IMG/VR virus record: IMGVR_UViG_3300044591_000931
Location: 1 to 38,174 of that record
Reading direction: 5' to 3' (one strand)
Source: a virus
Taxonomy: Duplodnaviria > Caudoviricetes
DNA length: 38,174 nt
Position 1 is the stretch's first letter; each line of letters starts with the position of its first letter. Shown here piece after piece: positions 19,049-27,200 of this stretch. A program made the translations under genes and the position numbers. The notes under the pieces were generated by a model that saw only the letters and a program-made list of their open reading frames with translations, was not told the DNA's origin and made no database searches.

Positions 19049-21649
19049 ATGCCCTTACACACAGACCTGTTGAAAAGCTGGATCGGTTCGGCATTTCGAA
19101 ACACAACCACTTTCAATAATACATCCAGCATAACGATTCCATATGGTCGTTTCAATGCTTCAGTTTCTGGACGCGCAGGCACAGGTAATAATGCGACTCC
19201 AGGAAACATTGCCACATACACTGGGAACAGTGCATCAACCTACAACTCGGGTAGTCCAGCGACGTATAACGCAGGGACAACGGCTTCCTATTCTGGAAAT
19301 AACGCTGCGACATATAACGCTGGCAATCCTGCGTCTTACAACCCTCCAGTCCCAGCGTCGTATACAGGTAATAGCGCCAACTATAATGCAGGCAATCCAG
19401 CCTCGTATAGTGGAAATAACACCGCATCATATACTGGAAACAACGCGAACTACAACGCAGGAAGTGCGGCTTCGTATAGCGGAAATAATATAGCATCTTA
19501 CAATCCACGCAACGTTTCTGGATATAATACGGGCAATATTGCTTCTTACAATCCAACGAACATTGCTGGCTACTCTGGCAACAGTGCCAACTATAACGCA
19601 GGAACTCCTGCGACATATAATCCAAGAAACGTAGCAGCATATAACTCTGGTAGTGCGACGTACAATACTGGAAGCCCAGCATCATATACTGGTAACAATC
19701 TAGCAGCGTATAATCCTGGTTCTCCCAACTATAATACTGGAAGCCCAGCATCATACACACCTACTAATATTTCTGGATACTCTGGTAACAGTGCGAACTA
19801 TAATGCTGGTAATGCCGCATCATATAATCCAAGAAACGTAGCAGCATATAATCCAGGCTCAGCAAACTATAACGTAGGAACTGCAGCCAGTTATAATCCT
19901 GGAGCGATTGCATCCTATAACCCAAGAAATATCGCAGGATATTCTGGCAATAACGCCAACTATAATCCAGGCACTGTTGCATCATACAATCCAAGAAACA
20001 TCGCTGGTTATTCTGGTAATAACGCAAACTTCACTCCTGGAAATATTGCATCATACAATCCAAGAAACATCGCTGGTTATTCTGGTAATAACGCAAACTT
20101 CACTCCTGGAAATATTGCATCATACAATCCACAAAACATCGCTGGATATTCTGGCAATACACAAAATTTGAATGCTCCAACTGAATCAAATTGGTCAGCT
20201 GGTATGTATTTTAGTAATACTGGATACCTCATGATTGGTGAATATGAGGAAATGTACAACAATGCGAATGGATATGAAGTGTTCCCTTATTTTGGTACTG
20301 GCACAACTTTGGACACTGGAAATCGTGTTTTCAACACCACGGCTGGTCCAGTTAGTGTTACTGGATTTTCTCCAAATTTTGGAGGCGGCACACTAACTGT
20401 TGATTTCACCAATTTCCCAGGATCACCAGGAAATCCAACAGGTGTATACAATCCAGGTTCAGCAAACTACAACTCTGGAAACGCAGCAACGTATAATTCT
20501 CCATCAGTAGCTGGCTATAATCCAGGTTCAGCAAACTACAACTCTGGAAACGCAGCAACGTATAATTCTCCATCAGTAGCTGGCTATAATCCAGGCTCAG
20601 CAAATTATAATGCAGGAAATATTGCATCATACAATCCGCGAAACATCGCAGCCTATAATGCTGGATCTGCGAACTACAATGCTGGCACAGCAGCATCTTA
20701 TTCTGGCAATAATATCGCATCATATAACCCACGAAACATCGCTGGATATTCTGGTAACAGTGCCAACTACAATACAGGTAATATTGCGTCTTACAATCCA
20801 AGAAACGTAGCTGCATATAATCCTGGTTCGGCGAATTACAATACTGGATCACCTGCTTCTTATTCTGGCAATAATATCGCAGCGTACACTGGAAATAATG
20901 CTAATTATAATACAGGTAGCCCAGCAAGTTACACACCAACAAATATTTCTGGTTATGTTGGAAATAATGCAAACTACAATGCTGGAACGCCAGCCACGTA
21001 CAATCCACGAAACGTAGCAGCATACAATCCAGGTTCAGCAAATTACAATGTTGGTTCCGCTGCCACATATACTGGTAATAATGTTGCAGGATATAACGCA
21101 GGAACCGCAGCAACATATAATCCTGGAAGCATTGCTTCGTATTCTGGTAACACTCTTGCTAATTATAACGCTGGTAATCCTGCGACATATAATCCAGGAA
21201 ATCCTGCAACTTATACAGGCAACACCATTGCCAATTATAATGCTGGCAATCCAGCAAGTTATAATCCGCCAGTTCCAGCAACATACACTGGTAATAACGT
21301 AGCATCATACAATGCAGGAAATCCTGCAACATATAATCCAAGAAATCCAGCATCATATACAGGCAATACTGCAGCAACATATAACGTTGGTAATGTTGCG
21401 TCATATAATTCTCCAGTTCTTGGCACTTCTGGCGCACCAACAAATGTTCTTGGTGTATATTTCCCAGGCGGCGATGGAGCAACTGCCAATTATAATGCAG
21501 GACCAGCAAATACAATTTCTGGATATAACGCAGGTCAATTAGCACCATATGTGCCACCAACTGCAATAGACACAAATGTATATCCCGATTCAGCCAACTA
21601 TCCAGTCGTTGTGCCAACAGGTGGTCAAATAGTTGTAAAGATCGACTAA
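19049..21649 (+). CDS. YN-repeat fibre protein, unsplit paralog (N-cap, repeat arm, central domain, repeat arm, C-cap)
   Basis: N-cap 'ITIPYGRFNASVSGRAGTGN', C-cap 'GVYFPGG...VVVPTGGQIVVKID', long YN repeat arms and a unique central segment at ~20170-20440. Confidence 0.75.
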   Translation: MPLHTDLLKSWIGSAFRNTTTFNNTSSITIPYGRFNASVSGRAGTGNNATPGNIATYTGNSASTYNSGSPATYNAGTTASYSGNNAATYNAGNPASYNPPVPASYTGNSANYNAGNPASYSGNNTASYTGNNANYNAGSAASYSGNNIASYNPRNVSGYNTGNIASYNPTNIAGYSGNSANYNAGTPATYNPRNVAAYNSGSATYNTGSPASYTGNNLAAYNPGSPNYNTGSPASYTPTNISGYSGNSANYNAGNAASYNPRNVAAYNPGSANYNVGTAASYNPGAIASYNPRNIAGYSGNNANYNPGTVASYNPRNIAGYSGNNANFTPGNIASYNPRNIAGYSGNNANFTPGNIASYNPQNIAGYSGNTQNLNAPTESNWSAGMYFSNTGYLMIGEYEEMYNNANGYEVFPYFGTGTTLDTGNRVFNTTAGPVSVTGFSPNFGGGTLTVDFTNFPGSPGNPTGVYNPGSANYNSGNAATYNSPSVAGYNPGSANYNSGNAATYNSPSVAGYNPGSANYNAGNIASYNPRNIAAYNAGSANYNAGTAASYSGNNIASYNPRNIAGYSGNSANYNTGNIASYNPRNVAAYNPGSANYNTGSPASYSGNNIAAYTGNNANYNTGSPASYTPTNISGYVGNNANYNAGTPATYNPRNVAAYNPGSANYNVGSAATYTGNNVAGYNAGTAATYNPGSIASYSGNTLANYNAGNPATYNPGNPATYTGNTIANYNAGNPASYNPPVPATYTGNNVASYNAGNPATYNPRNPASYTGNTAATYNVGNVASYNSPVLGTSGAPTNVLGVYFPGGDGATANYNAGPANTISGYNAGQLAPYVPPTAIDTNVYPDSANYPVVVPTGGQIVVKID
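19977..20131 (+). repeat. Exact 69-bp (23-aa) tandem repeat, about 2.2 copies
   Basis: 'atcatacaatcca...' recurs at 19981, 20050 and 20119; unit IASYNPRNIAGYSGNNANFTPGN. Confidence 0.9.
20450..20595 (+). repeat. Exact 69-bp (23-aa) tandem repeat, about 2.1 copies
   Basis: 'aatccagg' recurs at 20450, 20519 and 20588; unit NPGSANYNSGNAATYNSPSVAGY. Confidence 0.9.
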
Positions 21650-21661
21650 ATATAGTATAAT
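21633..21661 (+). promoter_or_regulatory. Sigma70-like promoter TTGTAA-N17-TATAAT with late-like ACTAAATA in the spacer
   Basis: TTGTAA 21633-21638, TATAAT 21656-21661, ACTAAATA 21645-21652. Confidence 0.6.
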
Positions 21662-21690
21662 TTGGTTATTCTGCAAAATGTGGAGTTGTT

Positions 21691-22290
21691 ATGCCATTCA
21701 AAGTGCAAAAATACGCTAAGACATTACAACAGTACTGCGTAGCATCAAACGTTTTTACTGAAGAAGAATGTGACAAGATTGTTGATCTTGAAGACTTGCA
21801 AAAGTTTCAAAGAGGTGCTGTCGGCGGTGGCGCTGGTGGCGCAGTAAACAAAAAAGCTCGCGACAGTGATATCATGTGGATCATGCATGATCAAAACTCA
21901 GATTGGATCTTTCAAAAATTTGGTGCTCTTCTTTCGCAAGTAAATAACGACCATTTCATGTATAACATCGATGGTTTTGATAATTTTCAATACACAGTAT
22001 ACAAAGCAAAGAACAAACAACATTATGATTGGCACATGGATATGGATACCACTAGTGCCAATTATATTCGCAAGATTAGCGCATCAGTTCTGCTCACCGA
22101 TCCAGATGACTATCAAGGTGGTGAATTTCAATTAGTGCCTCATGGTCGAGTTGACAATCCAATTATTATGAAACCCAAACGCGGAGATGTTATCTTCTTT
22201 TCTTCGTTCATGCCACATCGCGTTGCTCCAGTGACTTCTGGTGTTCGTAAATCATTAGTATGTTGGGTCATGGGTGAGAGGACTAATTGA
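21691..22290 (+). CDS. 2OG-Fe(II) oxygenase (prolyl-hydroxylase/PKHD-like), intact HxD...H triad
   Basis: 'WHMD', 'RKISASVLLTDPDDYQGGEF', 'FMPHRVAPVTSGVRKSLVCWVMG'. Confidence 0.9.
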   Translation: MPFKVQKYAKTLQQYCVASNVFTEEECDKIVDLEDLQKFQRGAVGGGAGGAVNKKARDSDIMWIMHDQNSDWIFQKFGALLSQVNNDHFMYNIDGFDNFQYTVYKAKNKQHYDWHMDMDTTSANYIRKISASVLLTDPDDYQGGEFQLVPHGRVDNPIIMKPKRGDVIFFSSFMPHRVAPVTSGVRKSLVCWVMGERTN

Positions 22291-22291
22291 T

Positions 22292-23038
22292 ATGAAAAAT
22301 TGGCTCAAGTTCTGGGGCAATGATGTAATGGAATTCTATTGCCATCCAGATTTCGATGGCGTGATTCCAGAACCTCGCCCTGCTGTGAAGTATCTTCCCA
22401 AATGGTTCAAAGATCTTGCGCCAACATTCGACGCAGGCAAGCGCGACGTTTTCGGCAATCCAACCATGACAGCAAAGAAGTGTTTACCGATGCTTGATGC
22501 TATGTCTCTTGGATTTACAATTCCTCTTGCTGGTGATCTTCATGTAACTACGAATCACAACTGCACTCAAATCGAAATTATAAATCCACCTGGAATTGTT
22601 GTTGCTGAATTCCATGATGCTGGTCAAGTCGGTGGTAAAGCAGCGATGGGCGTCAAGCACGGTAATCCCGTGAAGTTCATCAATCGTTGGGTCATCAAAA
22701 CAAAACCAGGTTGGTCAACGTTGTTTATTCCACCAATGAATCATTTCGATCAGCCATTCCGCTGCCTTGCTGGATATGTTGATACTGATGCATATCCGAA
22801 AGAAGTAAACTTTCCTGCGGCTTGGCTTGTGCCTGATTTCGACGGAAGTCTGCCAGCAGGAACTCCTTTGGTGACTGCAATTCCAGTCAAACGTGGCTCA
22901 TTCAATAATCGTAAACCAAAAGTTCGTTCAATGACTTCGGGTGAGAAGAAGCATATTGAAAAGATTCAAAAGGCTCAGCATACAAGAACTCATCACTATA
23001 CTTGGGAATTGAGAAAGAGAAAACATGAAGATGAATAA
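22292..23038 (+). CDS. Conserved hypothetical phage protein, DUF6065-like (possible dUTPase-like fold)
   Basis: 'PKWFK', 'KKCLPMLDAMSLGFTIP', 'IKTKPGWSTLF', 'GYVDTD', 'GTPLVTAIP'. ATG 22292 directly follows the upstream stop. Confidence 0.65.
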   Translation: MKNWLKFWGNDVMEFYCHPDFDGVIPEPRPAVKYLPKWFKDLAPTFDAGKRDVFGNPTMTAKKCLPMLDAMSLGFTIPLAGDLHVTTNHNCTQIEIINPPGIVVAEFHDAGQVGGKAAMGVKHGNPVKFINRWVIKTKPGWSTLFIPPMNHFDQPFRCLAGYVDTDAYPKEVNFPAAWLVPDFDGSLPAGTPLVTAIPVKRGSFNNRKPKVRSMTSGEKKHIEKIQKAQHTRTHHYTWELRKRKHEDE

Positions 23039-23831
23039 ATTATTCAATTTCTTTTCAAAAGAAACTCCTGATTTAGAATTTGTTGATTCAAGTCGACAGG
23101 TTTACACTCACTATCCAATTCTTCTTGCGAAAGACGTAAAACCGTTCTTCAAAGAGTTTCAGGAAAAAGACCAGGGCAGTTATAACTTTCCAGGATGTCC
23201 TGGAATGCACGATTATTCACGAATGGGTTATTTGATCACTGCATGGGTTGACATTCATGTCAAAGCAAACAAAGCAGGCACTGCAATTCGTTATGGTACA
23301 TCTTTAGCAGATAAGGCAGCAAAGCCAAAGCCTCATCCATTTGAGAATCCAATTCAAATAAATCCACCAGAACTTCCACTGAAAGAACCATTTCCAATGT
23401 CAACAGATGTGACAAATGGTCTGTTTACATTCGGTGATGATATCAAACCAACAGCATTCAATATGCCAGGTCCATGGAAGATCTTCGGAAAGAAAAACGT
23501 TTCTGCGTTATTGCTCCCTGCTTTCTATCATTGTCCATATCTTGAAGATTTATATCTTTATCCTGGGGTTGTGGATTATAGAGAGTTTACGACTGCCAAT
23601 GTAATTTTCTCACCAAAGAGAAGGATAGATCTCACGATCCCTGCAGGAACCCCTCTCCTTCAGGTGATTCCATTCAAGACGACTGATGACTTTTCTGCCT
23701 CATTTGGTCCAGGAACGGTCGAGCAATTAGATTCCCATAAAAGTCCTAAAAAATTCTACGAAGGGAACTGGTATCGTAAGTATTATATGATCAAGAAGAA
23801 GTTCAAACTGGAGAAATATACAGGAGATTGA
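23025..23831 (+). CDS. Conserved hypothetical phage protein, paralog of 22292..23038
   Basis: 'CPGMHDYSRMGYLI', 'PGVVDY', 'IPAGTPLLQVIPF'. An alternative start at 23031 is possible. Confidence 0.65.
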   Translation: MKMNKLFNFFSKETPDLEFVDSSRQVYTHYPILLAKDVKPFFKEFQEKDQGSYNFPGCPGMHDYSRMGYLITAWVDIHVKANKAGTAIRYGTSLADKAAKPKPHPFENPIQINPPELPLKEPFPMSTDVTNGLFTFGDDIKPTAFNMPGPWKIFGKKNVSALLLPAFYHCPYLEDLYLYPGVVDYREFTTANVIFSPKRRIDLTIPAGTPLLQVIPFKTTDDFSASFGPGTVEQLDSHKSPKKFYEGNWYRKYYMIKKKFKLEKYTGD

Positions 23832-23845
23832 ACTTGTAAAAGCGC

Positions 23846-23883
23846 ATTCCTCGTTTTATAAATAAGAAAATAAAATGGGGAAT
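23846..23883 (+). promoter_or_regulatory. Canonical T4 late promoter TATAAATA within a 14-bp hairpin that sequesters the Shine-Dalgarno of 23889
   Basis: TATAAATA 23857-23864. ATTCCTCGTTTTAT (23846-23859) pairs with ATAAAATGGGGAAT (23870-23883), with two G:U pairs. Confidence 0.8.
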
Positions 23884-23888
23884 CCTAA

Positions 23889-24224
23889 ATGGCGCAATTT
23901 GTAGAATTAGATCTTGACCAGGGAACAGATCTCTCCTATAATCTCGATCTGACCCAAGACGACGGAAGCCCTCTAAATATAACAGGCTATATCTTTACGT
24001 CGTCAATTCGTAAATCTTACTATTCCGCAAATGTGACAGCAAATCTTACTGTCACAATAGTAAGCGCAGCGAATGGCAATGTCACTCTTACTATGAACTC
24101 TGCTACAACGTCCAATATAAAGGCTGGTCGTTACCTATTTGATGTGAAACAGAAAGACACTGCGAATCTAACTACAAGAATCGTCGAAGGAATCATTACA
24201 GTTCTCCCTCAGGTAACTCAGTAA
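23889..24224 (+). CDS. Small virion structural protein / fibre attachment adaptor (Ig-like, BppU-N-like)
   Basis: 'LDQGTD', 'PLNITGY', 'SIRKSYYS', 'GRYLFDV', 'RIVEGIITVLPQVT'; a type commonly seen upstream of fibre genes in T4-like phages. Confidence 0.7.
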   Translation: MAQFVELDLDQGTDLSYNLDLTQDDGSPLNITGYIFTSSIRKSYYSANVTANLTVTIVSAANGNVTLTMNSATTSNIKAGRYLFDVKQKDTANLTTRIVEGIITVLPQVTQ

Positions 24225-24225
24225 T

Positions 24226-27200
24226 ATGTCAGCGAATGTCAGCACGGCTATTGGCCAGACAATCAAAGTTTCAACTCAGAAACCAGTTGTAAAAGTTTCA
24301 ACTGGTCGTGGCGCAGGTGGACCAGCAGGTCCACAAGGTCCACAGGGTCCGTCAGGTCCTCAGGGTTCGCTCGGTCCTACAGGTCCTTCTGGCGGTCCAC
24401 AAGGTCCATCTGGTCCTGCGGGTCCTCAAGGTCCGCAGGGCAGTTTAGGACCACAAGGTCCTCAAGGTGTTTCTGGTCCATCAGGTCCTAGTGGTCCTGT
24501 TGGTGCGCGTGGTCCAACTGGTCCAGTTGGTGCTCAGGGTATTGCTGGTCCGTCTGGTCCTTCTGGACCAAGTGGCGTATCTGGTCCGCGTGGTCCTCAA
24601 GGTGTTGCTGGTGCTCAAGGTCCATCTGGTCCTTCAGGTCCGTCTGGTGCTCAAGGTATTCAAGGTCAAGCAGGTCCACAAGGTCCACAAGGTGTTTCTG
24701 GTCCACGTGGTGTTGCTGGTCCTCAAGGTCCATCTGGTGCTCAAGGTATTGCTGGTCCTCAGGGTCCAGAAGGTCCATCAGGCGCACAAGGTCTTCAAGG
24801 TTTTGCTGGACCACAAGGTCCGTCAGGTCCACGTGGTTTAGTTGGCGCAGCAGGTCCGCAAGGTCCAATTGGTCCATCAGGCGCAGTTGGTGACGAAGGT
24901 CCGACAGGTCCTACTGGTCCAAGCGGTGCTCGTGGTCCTCAAGGTCCAGCTGGTGCAACTGGTGCTGTTGGTCCTACTGGTCCAAGCGGTCCTTCAGGTG
25001 CGCAAGGTCTTCAAGGTGATGCTGGTCCTTCTGGCGCAACAGGTCCGCGTGGTGTTGCTGGTCCTCAGGGTCCATCTGGCGTTGCTGGTCCTCAAGGTGC
25101 TCAAGGTGATATTGGTCCGCAAGGTCCATCTGGTCCTCGAGGCTTTGCTGGTCCTCAAGGTCCATCAGGTCCACAAGGTTTAGTTGGTGCTGCTGGTCCA
25201 TCTGGTCCGCAAGGTCCAACAGGTCCGTCAGGTATTCAGGGTGTTGCTGGTCCACGTGGTCCGCAAGGTGTTGCTGGTCCAACTGGTCCTCAAGGCGCAA
25301 GTGGTGCACTACAACACTGGTCAGTTCACTCATTAGATTACACAGCAGTTGATGGTGATCGTATTGTAGCAAATACAACCGTCAATGGTCCATTCACAAT
25401 CACACTACCAAATACGCCAGTTGTTGGTGGATATGTTCAAGTCACTGATGGTGATGATTGGACTGCAAATAATCTTTTTGTTCGCTCATTAGACAATACG
25501 ATTGAAGGTAGCGATCAAATTGTAAGACTTGATCTCAAAGGCGTTACCGTTGAATTCATTTATAATGGTATGACTTGGGAAGTCACTGCTACAACAGGTC
25601 GTCGTGGTCCACAAGGCTCGCGTGGACCAACAGGTCCACAAGGACCACAAGGCGTCAAAGGTGATCGCGGTTTCTCAGGACCACAAGGTCCACAAGGACC
25701 AAGTGGTGCTCAAGGCGCAATTGGTCCGCAAGGTCCATCAGGTCCATCAGGTGCTCAAGGTATTCCTGGTGCTGGCATTCGTCTTGTCGGCACAGTACCA
25801 ACTTATGCAATTCTAATCAATTCAATCACTGACCAAACTGCAGGTGATGCATATATTGTCATCGCAGATGGTCACTTATATGTTTGGGATGATTGTCCAC
25901 ATCCAGCTGTTTGGGTTGATGCTGGTCCATTTATTGGTCCACAGGGTCCACAGGGCGTCACTGGTCCTCAAGGTCCACAAGGACCACAAGGTGTGTTTGG
26001 ACCACAAGGACCACAAGGTCCACAGGGTGTTGCGGGTCCACAAGGACCTCAGGGTCCACAAGGACCACAAGGACCACAGGGTGTTCCTGGTGGTGGCATC
26101 AATGTGCTTGGTACTGTAATCAATGTTGTTGATTTGCCAGGTACAGCAAATGATGCTGACGCTTATGTTGTAACAAGCATTGGACATCTTTATGTCTACA
26201 ATGACGATCTTGTACAATGGGTTGATGCTGGTCTAATTGTTGGACCACAAGGTCCTCAAGGACCACAGGGTCCACAGGGCGTCTTTGGTCCACAAGGTCC
26301 TCAGGGTCCACAAGGACCTCAAGGTGCTCAAGGTGAAACTGGACCACAGGGTCCACAAGGTGTGACTGGTGAAGTTGGTCCACAGGGTCCATCTGGTCCA
26401 CAAGGTGCTATTGGTGCACGCGGTCCACAAGGTCCTCAAGGACCAATGGGTCCATCAGGACCAATTGGCTTACAAGGTGCTTATGGTGGAATTAGTTTTG
26501 CTTATGAATTCAATGATGCAATTACAAGCACTGATCCAGGCGTTGGTAAACTCAAGTTCAATAATTCTATACCAACATTAGCAACAAAAGTTTATATTGA
26601 TAACGTTGATGCTGATGGATCAAACATTCTAACATTCTTGACTGCATTTGATGATAGTACAAGCGCAATCAAAGGCTACTTGAAAGTCTTTGATAAAACA
26701 AATGCTGGAACATTTGAACTTTATAACGTCATTGACCTCACAGATCGTACAGGATATTATGAACTTGATGTAACTCATATCACTGGCTCTACAAGTTCAT
26801 TTGCCAACGACCAAGAGATTTTAGTTTCTTTTGGCAGAACTGGTGATAAAGGTCCACAAGGACCACAAGGTATTGTTGGTCCACAAGGACCAAGCGGCGT
26901 TGAAGGTCCACAAGGTCCATCTGGTGCAGCAGGACCACAAGGACCACAAGGTCCACAAGGCGTTGGGGGTCCACAGGGTCCGCAGGGTGTCGATGGTCCG
27001 ACTGGTCCACAGGGACCACAGGGTCCACAAGGTGAAGCGTCAACAGTTCCTGGTCCTCAAGGTCCACAAGGTGTTGTTGGACCAACTGGTCCACAAGGAC
27101 CGCAAGGTGCTCAAGGACCACAAGGTCCAGCTGGTGCTGCAGGTCCACAAGGTCCACAAGGACCAACTGGACCACAAGGTTCAATTGGCTCAACTGGTGA

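Noticed and set aside
19977-20595. Direct repeats as a possible CRISPR array
   Set aside because: Units are contiguous, in-frame, 69-bp coding repeats with no unique spacers, and no cas genes are present.
13798-21617. Overlapping ORFs within the YN-repeat genes
   Set aside because: Frame shadows of the repeats with no independent domain signal.
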